Assembly: GCF_047602565.1 (NCBI RefSeq) | Contig: NZ_JASGGX010000001.1 | Location: 4,667,257 to 4,731,256 of the forward strand | DNA from: Propionivibrio sp. | Lineage (GTDB): Bacteria; Pseudomonadota; Gammaproteobacteria; Burkholderiales; Rhodocyclaceae | Direction of reading: 5' to 3' | DNA length: 64,000 nt | Shown here: positions 54,701 through 63,127 of the stretch, in pieces | How the letters are laid out: each line of letters begins with the position of its first letter | Numbering within the stretch: the first letter of the stretch is position 1 | Position numbers and translations under genes: made by a program | Notes under the pieces: model-generated | Seen by the model: the letters and a program-made list of their open reading frames with translations, nothing else | Told to the model about the DNA's origin: nothing | The model's database searches: none

Positions 54701-55173
54701 AGCGAGTAGGTCGGGGACGATGAATAGGAGGCGGCCGCCGCGCTTGAAGCGGAGGACGATGCCGTCTTGACCGGAACGATGGCGTTGACCAGCGCCGCGC
54801 CGATCATGCCGACCGCAGCATTGGCGATCGCCACGCCGACGCTGCCAACAGCGGCCGCGCCATTGACGCCGAGCAGCGCCCCGCCGAGGCCCGCCGTGAA
54901 GTACGCCACGACGATCATCAGCACTAAACGCAGCGGGTTCGAGCCGCCGCCCCCGCCCTGCGGCAGCATTACCACGGCGACCAGATCGCCGCGCTCAATA
55001 GCCTGCCCCCAGTCCTTGCGCAGCACGGCGACGCCGTTGCGCATCAGGATGTGCGGCCGATCCGTCTCCGGCACGATGGCCGAGAGCGGCCCCGGTGCGT
55101 CCAGTCCACGTACTTCCCGATGCCGCGCCGGGTGGTACGGGTCATGCACGATGACCAGCGTGGCGTAGCTCAC
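51769..55173 (-). CDS. TipJ-like host-specificity/tail tip protein with internal insertion
   Basis: PIPVQYG, GRYEVRLQR, LAVKMRAT..LS, FN3-like C-terminus; ubiquitin-like gpI portion fused at the N-terminus. Confidence 0.88.
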   Translation of the reverse strand: MSYATLVIVHDPYHPARHREVRGLDAPGPLSAIVPETDRPHILMRNGVAVLRKDWGQAIERGDLVAVVMLPQGGGGGSNPLRLVLMIVVAYFTAGLGGALLGVNGAAAVGSVGVAIANAAVGMIGAALVNAIVPVKTASSSASSAAAASYSSSPTYSLTAQGNAARLEAPIPVQYGRMLSFPDFAALPFVEYAGNEQYLYQLLCIGAGQYDIETIRIADTAITNFEDVETQIVPPGGTLTLFPANVVTSEEVAGQEALTGTWLGPFTANAAETTANFLGVDVVAPRGIYYANDSGGLNEVSMTFTVQARAIDANGNATSGWTTLGTHTLPGATATAQRYSFKYAVNAGRYEVRLQRTDTKQTSTRYGHELDWSGLRAYLPETDDYGNVTLLAVKMRATNNLSSQSSRKINVISTRKLPIWNGSSWSAPTATRSIAWALADAARDADYGGGLADSRLDLDGLLALDGVWSARGDRYNARFDTLGTLWDALTQIGRAGRSKPYMQGGLLYVARDQAVSVPVAMYSMRNIVKGSFSLEYITPSDDTADSVSVSYYDENAWATRRVPCTLPDSASSKPAKIDLFGVTDREQAHHEGLYFAAANRYRRTVMKFQTEMEGFIPSFADLIAVSHDMPQWGQSFECVAWDAGTRTLRVSEPITWEYSINYVALRRRDGSVDGPIAVTPGLSPEILENGDASLGSNAHFSQLTYATSDGYGGGPHFTYTGPAGEILGDDWIPIEADPTYKLRGAFRCEAASNLTYAGVVCYDADKRVIPIQGSWRDPGKTTTLYEPAAEGSTSVKILPAAEAWFAPASPSWPAGSFLQLGIELGFSDLPQLDCPPITAIDTSNPAYWVLVLGAPLVRAWAAGTPVGNSHAGSTYTYALLAGPVTSTWTEFSGSMSRQLDFSVEPGSSTLRAGTKYVRMLVLANYTTPDTLHVDALSLKKTDPRSLILADEPDEAPYTGLAAERTQGSFGWGDTWAQLARVVAIRPRSMNTVEIEAINEDPSVHTADQGVVAPPVKSSQLPTYTVAPLLKGLTARSMPGHSERMILSWQPSPWANYYLIEQSSDGINWVRSGEPSACNYTATALYGAATIIRVCAVGLEPGPWVQVNYSMSSDYMWTNDANAMWTNDSNLMWRY

Positions 55174-55565
55174 GCCCGGCTCCGGTGGCGCAGGACGCCG
55201 ACGATCTTCCAGCCCGTCTTGCGCAGCGACTGGCGCGAGGACAACACCACGCCGGCGCCCTCGACGCAGTGCAATACGCCGCCGCCGTCAACGTCAACCC
55301 ACAGGCCGACGTGGTGCGGGTACTTCGAGTGGCTCATGCGGATGCAATCGCCCTCGCGCGGGACATCGACCGCGATCCAGTTGGCGAACTCGGGATGCTC
55401 GCCGTTGAGCGCGCGGATGCACGAGCGCAGGCTCAGCGCGTCGGCGTCGATCACCTGCACGTCCAGGCCGAACTGCTCACGCTGCACCGTGCAGAAGAAA
55501 TGCCCGCACTCGTGCTCTTTCTCGATCCACGGCCGGCCGATGTACTGTTCCGCCCAATGGCTCAT
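55170..55565 (-). CDS. NlpC/P60 tail tip peptidase (gpK-like)
   Basis: YIGRPW...ECGHF, HHVGLW, VLHC. Confidence 0.82.
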   Translation of the reverse strand: MSHWAEQYIGRPWIEKEHECGHFFCTVQREQFGLDVQVIDADALSLRSCIRALNGEHPEFANWIAVDVPREGDCIRMSHSKYPHHVGLWVDVDGGGVLHCVEGAGVVLSSRQSLRKTGWKIVGVLRHRSRA

Positions 55566-56068
55566 GAGACGAGCCCCGGAAAGCGTTCCGACGTGTATTC
55601 CTGCGCCGGGAATTTTTTGTTGACCAAGTCCGGGAAACCGGCCGTCGCGGTGATGCGGAACACGTCGGCCTTGATCGACAACACGGTCATGGTCAGCGGC
55701 GGGTCGTTCTGCGGGCCGGACAGGTCGGTCGAGAGGTACTCGCGATAGGTGATCGTGATCTTGTCCAGGCTCTGCAGCGCCAACTGGATGTTGGCCAGGA
55801 TCTCGCGGCTGACGTTGTCGATGGTGATCGTGCATTGCGGCACGCCGTTGGCGGAAACCTCGGGCTTGACCAGGTCGAAGGCGTAGCGCACGAAGGTCAC
55901 CGGCGCGCCGGTCTCCAGGTGGGCGACGAGGTCGACGGTGTCACGCACGACGTAGATCGGCTGAGTGAAATTCGGGTGGTCGAGCGCCAGGGTGTGATAG
56001 ACGATCACGTTCGACGGCGCGGAGGCGTAGGCCTCCTTGATCGCCTGGGAAAGGGTCGGATCGGGCAT
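55562..56068 (-). CDS. DUF1833 / gpL-like minor tail protein
   Basis: EAYASA...TLALDHP, IDNVSR, YREYL...PQ. Confidence 0.8.
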   Translation of the reverse strand: MPDPTLSQAIKEAYASAPSNVIVYHTLALDHPNFTQPIYVVRDTVDLVAHLETGAPVTFVRYAFDLVKPEVSANGVPQCTITIDNVSREILANIQLALQSLDKITITYREYLSTDLSGPQNDPPLTMTVLSIKADVFRITATAGFPDLVNKKFPAQEYTSERFPGLVS

Positions 56069-56406
56069 CAGCGCACCTTGACCGACGCCTTGACGGACCA
56101 CATCAGGCCCGGGCGCGTGGCCTTCCACATCTCGGCGAATTGCGCCTCGCAGGAAACAATACCGGCGCCGAGGTCCAGATCGACGGCGAACCAGGCGACA
56201 CCGCCGCCGAGATCCGTGTCGTACCAGTCGCGGAACGCCGCCATCTGGTAGGGGGTGAGCCTCCACTCGATCGCCACGACGTCCAGGCGGGCGGCGGTGC
56301 GGCGCCGGACGCGGGCGGCGCCGACTTCCATGTCGGTACGCAGGCACGGGTCGGCCGGCGCGAGCTCGTAGGCGGCACGGAGGGGCGGCGGCGGCGTCCA
56401 GGGCAT
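56068..56406 (-). CDS. gpM-like distal tail protein
   Basis: LRTDMEVGAARVRRR...F..WY...L..G..WF; directly after the tape measure gene. Confidence 0.78.
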   Translation of the reverse strand: MPWTPPPPLRAAYELAPADPCLRTDMEVGAARVRRRTAARLDVVAIEWRLTPYQMAAFRDWYDTDLGGGVAWFAVDLDLGAGIVSCEAQFAEMWKATRPGLMWSVKASVKVR

Positions 56407-56407
56407 T

Positions 56408-58567
56408 TCAGAAGGCTCCCGCCGCGCGGTTGAGGCCGTAGGTTTGCTCCAAGGACGAGGCCAGCACGCCGCTGCCGCGCGCAATGCCGCTGGCAATGCG
56501 GTTCTCGACCTGCGCGAACAGCACCTCGATGATCGTGTCGCCGTTACCGTCCTGGCGCGTGCTTTGGGTGGCCTGGGCGCCGGGCACGGTGTTGTTGATG
56601 ATCACCTGGACGTTGCCGCCTGCCGGTCCGGCAACGCCGAGTTTGCCGTCCTTGCCCTCCTTGAGCGGCAGGATGGCTTCGGGACCGTCCTCGCCCATGA
56701 GGCCGACCCCTTTCGCGAAGGGAAAAAACGTCGGCCGATCGACGATCGTCCCCGAATAGGCCGAGAGCCCCGGCGAGCGATAGACGCCGCCGTCGGCGTT
56801 GGCGGAAAACAGCCCGGCGAAAAAGCCGGAATAGTCGAATTCCGCGATCGACTTGGCGAACGGCGTGGTGATGTTCTGCTGCACGACGATACGCGCGATG
56901 TCCTTGATGATGGAATTGGCGAGATCGGTGAAGGATGCCTTGCCGTCGACGACGAAATCGACGATGGCATCGGCCGAGGCCTTGCCCCACTGGTTGATCG
57001 CGGAGGTGAGCTCGCCGAAGGTGTCCTTCCCTTCCTTCTTGACCTCGCGCAGGTTTTCGAGGATCTCGTCGAAGGTCTTCCGGTCGATCTGTCCGGAGAG
57101 CAGGGCAGATTCCGCCAGGGCTTCCTTCTGCAGGCGATCCTGGATCTTCCCGGTCGGCGTGGCGCCGATCAGCTGCTGCAGCTGCCGTTCCTGCGCGGTG
57201 TATTCCGCGCTCACCTTCTTCACCGCGGCGAGTTCGTCGTCGAGCTGCTGACGGATCAGTTCACGCTGGTCGATCTGTGCGGCGAGGGAGAGGGCGATGT
57301 CGGTCTCTCCGGCGGTGATCTTGGCGTACTTGCCGTCGGCGAGCTGAGCCTGCAGCTTTTCCACCTCGGTCAGTCGCTCGGCGGTGTAGAGCCGGCCCTG
57401 CAGTTGCTCGATCAGGCGCTGGCCGTCGCTGATCTCGGCGGCGTGCGCCTTCTTGCGCGTCTCCTCCTTCTCGCGCAGCTTGGCGATGCCATCCTGCTGG
57501 GCAGCGTTCCAGGCCTGTATCGATGCCGTCGATTCTTCTTGCGCGGCGAGGGCGGCGAGCAGCCCGGCGCGCTGCTGGCGCAGCTGCTCGACCTGCGCGG
57601 TGTTGCCGAAAAACCCCTTGAACGCCGCGTTCGACTCGGTGACCTTGTTCACCTTCTCGGCGATGGCGATCTGCTTGTCGAGTTCGGCGATCTGTTCGCT
57701 CAGCGTCTGCGCGCGGCCGAGGTCCATCAGCGCCGACTTGGCGCGGGTGATCGCCGAGGTGACGGCGTTCCAGCCGCGTTCGAGGAGGCCGAGGTTGTTG
57801 CTGACGCCGGCGGCCATGGTCTCGGCGGCTTCGGCGAAGGTGCGCTGGGCCAGCGCGGCCGCGTCGCGCTGCCGGCCCTCGTCGGTCAGGGCCTTGATCT
57901 GGGCGTAGATGGCGGCGGTGAGGTAGTTGTACTGCTGGTTGAGGCGGTAGGAGGCCTCGACCGGGTCCTTGCCCAGGGCGGCGAACTGCTCGGCGGTCTT
58001 GGCGACGGCCTGCACGCCGGATTTTTCCAGGTCGAGCGCGGCCCGGGCGGCCACCTTCAGGGTTTCCTCGGCGACGCCGCCTGCGCGCACCAGCTGGGTG
58101 AGCGCCGCGGTGGTTTCGCTCTTCGCGTCGCCGGTTGCTCGGGCGACCTCGCCGGACAGATCGTAGAGGCGGTCGACGGTCGAGCCGACGGCGTTGCCGG
58201 TCGTGATCAGGGTGTTGGAAAGCGCGACGGTCTCCTTGTTGCCGTCGTAGAACGCCTTGCCCATCACCCCGGCCGCGGCCGCCAGCGCGGCGAATGGGCT
58301 GAGCAGGCTGACGAGGCGCAGGGACAGTTCCGGCGCGGCCAGCGCCGCCTCGCCGATCGATGCCGGTATCCGGGAAAAATCTCCGTTGACCACTTCACGT
58401 CCGACCTGGCCGAGCGCCTCGGCCGCCTTGCGCGAGGCGGCGGTGATCTCGCCGCTCGATTTCGCCACCGAGGTGGCGTATTCCTGCGTGCGCTTCTCGG
58501 CGTGGTCGAAGCCCTGGTCGAGACCGGTGACGCCGGCGGTGATATCGACGCGGATCGGGTCAACCAT
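56408..58567 (-). CDS. Tail length tape measure protein (lambda-like)
   Basis: Ala-rich coiled coil, TGNAVG, LGKDPV..S..LN.QYNYLT, C-terminal GLMGEDGPEAILPL. Confidence 0.92.
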   Translation of the reverse strand: MVDPIRVDITAGVTGLDQGFDHAEKRTQEYATSVAKSSGEITAASRKAAEALGQVGREVVNGDFSRIPASIGEAALAAPELSLRLVSLLSPFAALAAAAGVMGKAFYDGNKETVALSNTLITTGNAVGSTVDRLYDLSGEVARATGDAKSETTAALTQLVRAGGVAEETLKVAARAALDLEKSGVQAVAKTAEQFAALGKDPVEASYRLNQQYNYLTAAIYAQIKALTDEGRQRDAAALAQRTFAEAAETMAAGVSNNLGLLERGWNAVTSAITRAKSALMDLGRAQTLSEQIAELDKQIAIAEKVNKVTESNAAFKGFFGNTAQVEQLRQQRAGLLAALAAQEESTASIQAWNAAQQDGIAKLREKEETRKKAHAAEISDGQRLIEQLQGRLYTAERLTEVEKLQAQLADGKYAKITAGETDIALSLAAQIDQRELIRQQLDDELAAVKKVSAEYTAQERQLQQLIGATPTGKIQDRLQKEALAESALLSGQIDRKTFDEILENLREVKKEGKDTFGELTSAINQWGKASADAIVDFVVDGKASFTDLANSIIKDIARIVVQQNITTPFAKSIAEFDYSGFFAGLFSANADGGVYRSPGLSAYSGTIVDRPTFFPFAKGVGLMGEDGPEAILPLKEGKDGKLGVAGPAGGNVQVIINNTVPGAQATQSTRQDGNGDTIIEVLFAQVENRIASGIARGSGVLASSLEQTYGLNRAAGAF

Positions 58568-58871
58568 CAGACGTCTCCCCGTCCGTCAGCTCCTGCCGTT
58601 CGACGCATTGCAGCAGTTCGAGCGCGAAGGGCAGGTTCCAGCCCAGCGCGCGGATGATGGCGATGGCCGGACCGTAGTCCAGCCCGGTGCGCCGGCCGAA
58701 GGCCGTGACGCGCCACTGCGTCTGCACGCGCAGGTACAGCCACCAGATGCCTTTTTCCCAGGCGAGCTCCGGCGGCAGATCGTCCGGGTGCACCGGGCGC
58801 CCGGACTTCCTGATGGCCTCGACGTACTCGCGTCCGCCGTTGAATTCCCAGCGGGCGCGAGCGGTCAGGCG
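58560..58871 (-). CDS. Tail assembly chaperone T portion (GT fusion via -1 frameshift)
   Basis: The -1 frame after AAAAAAC reads KKRLTARARWEF...QTQWR...GLDY. Confidence 0.75.
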   Translation of the reverse strand, partial: RLTARARWEFNGGREYVEAIRKSGRPVHPDDLPPELAWEKGIWWLYLRVQTQWRVTAFGRRTGLDYGPAIAIIRALGWNLPFALELLQCVERQELTDGETSDG

Positions 58872-59212
58872 TTTTTTCCGGCTTCGGCCTCATCGCTGAA
58901 CAGGGCCGGATCGACGGCCTTTTCGATCAGGAATCCGACGATGCGCCCGAAGCGCTCGCCGAAGCGGATGCGCGCCTCCGGCGTACAGGGCGTGGCCACG
59001 CCCTTGTCGCCGACGCCGTCCCAGTCGCGGACGATGTGCTCGGCGACCAGGCCGTTGTAGGTGACGTGGTCGATCTCGCCGGTCTTCTTGTTGCGGGCAG
59101 CCTGGAGCAGACGCTGGCCGTCGCGCGGCTGCAGCGGCTGGATCAGGTAGCGCGTGCCGGTGTCCTCGTGCGTGACCCAGACCTGGGGAATGATGTCGCC
59201 GATGCTCAGCAT
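58865..59212 (-). CDS. Tail assembly chaperone G
   Basis: Between tail tube and tape measure; DWDGV motif; ends GKNA with a slippery site. Confidence 0.8.
   Translation of the reverse strand: MLSIGDIIPQVWVTHEDTGTRYLIQPLQPRDGQRLLQAARNKKTGEIDHVTYNGLVAEHIVRDWDGVGDKGVATPCTPEARIRFGERFGRIVGFLIEKAVDPALFSDEAEAGKNA
58871..58877 (-). promoter_or_regulatory. Programmed -1 frameshift heptamer A AAA AAC
   Basis: Canonical X XXY YYZ two codons before the G stop, opening into the T frame. Confidence 0.8.
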
Positions 59213-59213
59213 G

Positions 59214-60437
59214 TCAGTACCCCGCCACGTCGTTGATCAGGGTGACCACCGGCAGGCTGCCGGCGGTGTCGCGGTGCGCCGACCAGTCGAGTTCGACGAA
59301 GAGCCCGGACTTGCCTTCCTTGGGCACGGCCTGCTCGACCAGCTCGGTGTTGGGAATGTCCCAGTACAGCGCGAAGGTGTCGGCGCCCTCGACCGATGTC
59401 GAACCCACGCGCAGACGGGTGCTGGTGCTGGTGCGCGCGAGCTGGTAGGCGCCGGCGCCGTCGAAGATGGTCTTGATCTTGCCGCCGATGTTGAGCTCGC
59501 CCTGATCGATCAGGCCGTAGCCTTCGCGGCCGTCGACCAGCGGATAGCCGGTCATGTTGTTGTTGATCTCGATGGTGCCGCTGACGATGGTGCCCAGCGT
59601 GGCGTCGACGCCGTTGCTGATCACGCCGCCCGAGCCGCAGGCGCGCACGCTGGCGTAGGCCGTGGGCGCGGCGTCGTGGACGGTGGCGTACTCGGTCTCG
59701 TCGCCAGCCAGCACGTCGAGGGTGATGTTCTGCTCGCGCGCGGTCAGGTCGTAGGACAGCTTGTTGATCTTGGCGCCGAGCGTGCGGTAGTACGTGCCGG
59801 TGTCCAGGTGCCCGAGCTCGAGCAGGGCGGACGGGCGCACGCCGAGATTGATCGGGAAGACGTGGCACTTGAGCGCGGTGCTCACCGCGATGTCGGTGTC
59901 CGACTTGTCGGCGGAAGCCAGCGCGCCGGCATTGACGGTGACGGTCAGCGCGTGCGAGCCGGTGCCGGACTGCAGCGTGAAGGTGCCGCCGGCCGAGACA
60001 TCGACCGCCGTGCCGGCGGTGGCGTCGCCCTGGGCCTTCCAGGACAGCGTCTTCGCGGCGCTGACGTAGGTCAGCGTGCCGGCGCCGGCGGGCGCGGCGC
60101 TCTGCGCGTATTGCGCAGTGACGCCGGTGACGTTGGTCGGCTGCTTGGTCACCGCCTTGCCGGTGGTCGGCACGCCGAGCAGCAGGGCCAGTAGGTGGCC
60201 GATGCTGCGCAGGTCGAGGATGGACTCGATGCTGCCCTGGACGACGGCATCGCCCAGGCCCGACTTGCCGGGCAGCGGCGAGGACGAGATCGACGGGTCG
60301 CGCACTTTCTGCGGGTCGCGGCCCATGTTGTACTTGGTGAACGGCAGCTTGAACGCGGCGGCGGGCGTCGGCCGCACGCGGAAGCTGGCTTCGCGCTGCA
60401 GCAGCAGCTGCATCATCGCGCCGATGGCTTGGGCCAT
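59214..60437 (-). CDS. Major tail tube protein
   Basis: LLLQRE..F start, GAKINKL, GELNIGGK, C-terminal LINDVAGY; position upstream of the chaperones. Confidence 0.82.
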   Translation of the reverse strand: MAQAIGAMMQLLLQREASFRVRPTPAAAFKLPFTKYNMGRDPQKVRDPSISSSPLPGKSGLGDAVVQGSIESILDLRSIGHLLALLLGVPTTGKAVTKQPTNVTGVTAQYAQSAAPAGAGTLTYVSAAKTLSWKAQGDATAGTAVDVSAGGTFTLQSGTGSHALTVTVNAGALASADKSDTDIAVSTALKCHVFPINLGVRPSALLELGHLDTGTYYRTLGAKINKLSYDLTAREQNITLDVLAGDETEYATVHDAAPTAYASVRACGSGGVISNGVDATLGTIVSGTIEINNNMTGYPLVDGREGYGLIDQGELNIGGKIKTIFDGAGAYQLARTSTSTRLRVGSTSVEGADTFALYWDIPNTELVEQAVPKEGKSGLFVELDWSAHRDTAGSLPVVTLINDVAGY

Positions 60438-60440
60438 GTC

Positions 60441-60668
60441 TTACTCCTCGGAAACGGGGGCGGGGATGGCGAGCGGGTCGCCGGTGAAGGTGAAGCCGAA
60501 CTGCGCGGCGTCGGGGCGCGCCTGCAGGGCGGCGAATTCGGCGTCGGACAGCGGCTGCGCACGGCCGCGCAGCCAGCGGCGGCCGACGAACTCGATCTCC
60601 GGCGGGCCGTCGTGGTAGGCCGCCTGTCCGGTGGCGGCGGCGGCGGGGGATGCGGTTTTCTTGGTCAT
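60441..60668 (-). CDS. Small phage hypothetical protein
   Basis: ORF between the lysis cassette and the tail tube. Confidence 0.6.
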   Translation of the reverse strand: MTKKTASPAAAATGQAAYHDGPPEIEFVGRRWLRGRAQPLSDAEFAALQARPDAAQFGFTFTGDPLAIPAPVSEE

Positions 60669-60678
60669 GGGATTCCTC

Positions 60679-61044
60679 TCAAAAGCGCAGAGACAGCTTG
60701 ATGGCGGCGAACAGGACGAGGCCGACCAGGGAGATGACGCCGGCCTTGACCCAGCCGGAGGTCTCGCGCACCGCCGGCATATCGGCTTCCAGCGAGCGCA
60801 GGCGGCGATCGATGTCCTTCTCCAGCCCCTTCATCTCGTCGCGGGTGCGGGAGATCGCGGAAAACGCCCGCTCCAGCGCTTCGCGCGTCTCGCTGTGGCG
60901 TTCCTCGAGCCGGGCGATCTTCTCCGTGGTCTCGGCGATGCTCTTCACGGCCCGACTGATTTCCTCGATCGACTTCTCGAGCGCCTGGATGCGGTACTCG
61001 ACCACGTCGGCGTTGAAGGGGCAGCGCACGTCGTCGTCGTTCAT
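60679..61044 (-). CDS. Coiled-coil protein with C-terminal TM segment (XhlA/DUF1515-like)
   Basis: IARLEERH, RLRSLE, hydrophobic C-terminus. Confidence 0.65.
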   Translation of the reverse strand: MNDDDVRCPFNADVVEYRIQALEKSIEEISRAVKSIAETTEKIARLEERHSETREALERAFSAISRTRDEMKGLEKDIDRRLRSLEADMPAVRETSGWVKAGVISLVGLVLFAAIKLSLRF

Positions 61045-61328
61045 GGCGCGCTCCGGTAGGCGGGCTGGCGTTCGATGTCGGCCTGCAGGTCGTTGAGCTG
61101 CAGCGTGGCGCGGGCGCAGTCGGCGACTACTCCGGGCTCGTCCGCCGCATGTCCTCCTGCAGCAGGTACTGCGTCGGCGCCGGCCGCATCAGGTCCGGCG
61201 GCGGCCGGTAGAACGGAGGGTCGGACCACAACCTCCGGCGGACACGTCGCGCACGACTGCACCGCACTTGCCAGCAGCCACACAGCGGCGATACGCGTCG
61301 CCCGCGGCAATCCGTTTTTCCAGTTCAT
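61041..61328 (-). CDS. o-spanin (Rz1-like lipoprotein)
   Basis: Lipobox VQSC, Pro-rich, starts inside the i-spanin gene. Confidence 0.6.
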   Translation of the reverse strand: MNWKNGLPRATRIAAVWLLASAVQSCATCPPEVVVRPSVLPAAAGPDAAGADAVPAAGGHAADEPGVVADCARATLQLNDLQADIERQPAYRSAP

Positions 61329-61584
61329 CGCTCAACCTCCGGTGATCGTCGGCCGCTCGGCGCCGTGCGGCGTCGGCGCGCTGCGCCTCTTCCTCTTCCT
61401 GCAGGGCCAGCGCGGCCTTGAAGCGGGTGAAGGCCTGGCGCGCTTCGGCGAGGTCGTCGCGCGCCTCGTCCAGGCGTACGCCCTGGATCGACCAGGCCGC
61501 CCAGGCGCCGAACGCCGCGCCGGCCACGAGCAGGGCGATCGACAGCCAGTTGCGGCGCAGCAGGTCAAGCAGCAGGGGCAGCAC
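61189..61584 (-). CDS. i-spanin (Rz-like)
   Basis: GGAGG RBS plus GTG, N-terminal TM then coiled coil. Confidence 0.7.
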   Translation of the reverse strand: MLPLLLDLLRRNWLSIALLVAGAAFGAWAAWSIQGVRLDEARDDLAEARQAFTRFKAALALQEEEEAQRADAARRRAADDHRRLSDELEKRIAAGDAYRRCVAAGKCGAVVRDVSAGGCGPTLRSTGRRRT

Positions 61585-61811
61585 GATTGGCCTCCACCTG
61601 TTTGCCGTTCGACGTAGCTGTAGCCGGCCAGCCCGGCGAGCGGCACCGAGACGGCGCCGAGCTCGCCGGCGACGGGATGGCCGAGCAGCGCCGCCACCGA
61701 GAGCACGACGACCGAGACGGACAGGGCCGCGCCGCCCATCAGCATGACGATGCGCTTGCTCGATGCCTTGCCGGTGCGGCCGTCGTTGATCGCTTCGCGC
61801 AGCCAGCCCAT
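61565..61811 (-). pseudogene. Probable holin with a 1-nt insertion at about 61610
   Basis: SSKRIVML plus two TM segments; removing one base gives YVNGKQVEANRAAPAA*. Confidence 0.55.
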
Positions 61812-62243
61812 CAGAGCACCTCCATCCACGCATCGCGCCCGGCGGCGAGCGCCTGGGCGACGGTCTTTTCCAGGTGGGCGAGGACGTCGGCGCACAGGGC
61901 GATGCCGTCGCCCCGCCGCACGGCGCCGACGCCGATGCAGCCCCGCACGTCGCGGTCGGTGTTGGCACCGTGCACGCGGATGCCGGTGAAGCCCGGCACG
62001 TCGAGGAGGTGCAGCATCGGCCGGCCGAAGCGCGCGGAGTCGTCGATGACCACGCGGTAACGGCCGCGCGGGATGGCGGTATGTCCGGCGATCTTCCACT
62101 CCGCGACCGGCACGCCGGGCCGCTCGCGCAGCGTGTCCTCCAGCGTTTCGCAGAAGCGGCGGCCGTCGAACGTAGAGGGTGCCGAGCGTGCTGTGCGCGC
62201 CGGCCTTGTCGCGCACGAGGCGCAGTTCGAGCGGCTCGCTCAT
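61811..62243 (-). pseudogene. Endolysin (DUF5675-like) with a 1-nt insertion at about 62168
   Basis: STLGTLYV/DGRRFCETLED, TAIPRGRY, GIRVHGAN, GCIGVG motifs split over two frames. Confidence 0.75.
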
Positions 62244-62650
62244 GACGGCATCTCCAGATCCACGGCGATCCAGCCGTAGGGGTGCTCGACCTGGCCGCTC
62301 TGGCGGAACGCCTTCATTTCCAGGCAGGCGAAGCCGGCCGGCAGGTCGCGCATGACGTCCTTGATCTGCTCGACCATGGCGAACTCGGCGTCCTCGACGG
62401 CCTCGGCGTCGGCCGATTCGTGCACCTGGATCTGGCCGACCAGCAGCAGCCGGTGGCGGCCGTCCATCGCGGCGCGCTCGCGCAGGTTGGCGTAGTCGGA
62501 TTCGCCCAGGCTGAGCAGGGTGTAGATGCCGCGCTTGAGCTCGGCCGGCTGGCGCTCGGCGAAGTCGCGCAGCGAGCGCGTGACGCGGCGTGACGGGCAG
62601 CGTTCGGCCAGCAGCGCGGCCAGGGCCTCCATGCGTTCGGCGAGGGTCAT
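62240..62650 (-). CDS. Tail completion/terminator-like protein
   Basis: Position after the HK97 gp10-like gene; QSGQVEHPYGWI motif. Confidence 0.6.
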   Translation of the reverse strand: MTLAERMEALAALLAERCPSRRVTRSLRDFAERQPAELKRGIYTLLSLGESDYANLRERAAMDGRHRLLLVGQIQVHESADAEAVEDAEFAMVEQIKDVMRDLPAGFACLEMKAFRQSGQVEHPYGWIAVDLEMPS

Positions 62651-63127
62651 GCCATCACCTCCCGCACGCCCTGGGCCACGGCGTAGCGCACCAGATCGAC
62701 GACGCGGCTGGTCTGCGCTTCGGCGGCCGGCGCCAGGTACGGCTGCGGCTGGATGCCGCGGCGGCCGATGGCGCGGGCGATGAGGAACGTGGTGCGGTCG
62801 AGCTCGCGGCCCTGCAGCCCGGTACGGAAGCGCACCCATTCGGTGAGTCCGGCGCCGGGCATGACGCCGGGGCGGCGGCCTTCCTCGACCGGACGTGCGT
62901 AGTTCGACGCCCGGCTGCACGCGCCAGTGCAGCGGCCCGACCCGGGTCGCCAGGATCGAATTGACCAGCAGGGAAAACGCCTTGGGCGCGCGCTGGCGGG
63001 CGTCGCGCGCCACTTCCTGCGCGCCGCGCGCGAGCCCCCCGTCAACGTGCCGGTGCATCACCTCCGGCGCCTTCCTGAACGCGGCGACGGCGCGGGCGTG
63101 ATCGACCTTGACCGTGATGCCGTTCAT
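62647..63127 (-). pseudogene. HK97 gp10-like head-tail component with a 1-nt insertion at about 62905
   Basis: APKAFSLLVNSI...PGV/NYARPVEEG...GIQPQPYL split over two frames. Confidence 0.7.

Noticed and set aside
50749-55173. Third VR in the tail fibre or tail tip
   Set aside because: No match to the TR 3' constant region (CTCTCGTCGGAGGTCCGCGTCCGTGCCGTC) found by eye; targets outside the window cannot be excluded.
61332-62243. 303-aa and 424-aa fusion ORFs (61332-62243, 62240-63514) in the lysis region
   Set aside because: Artefacts of single-base insertions joining pieces of adjacent genes.
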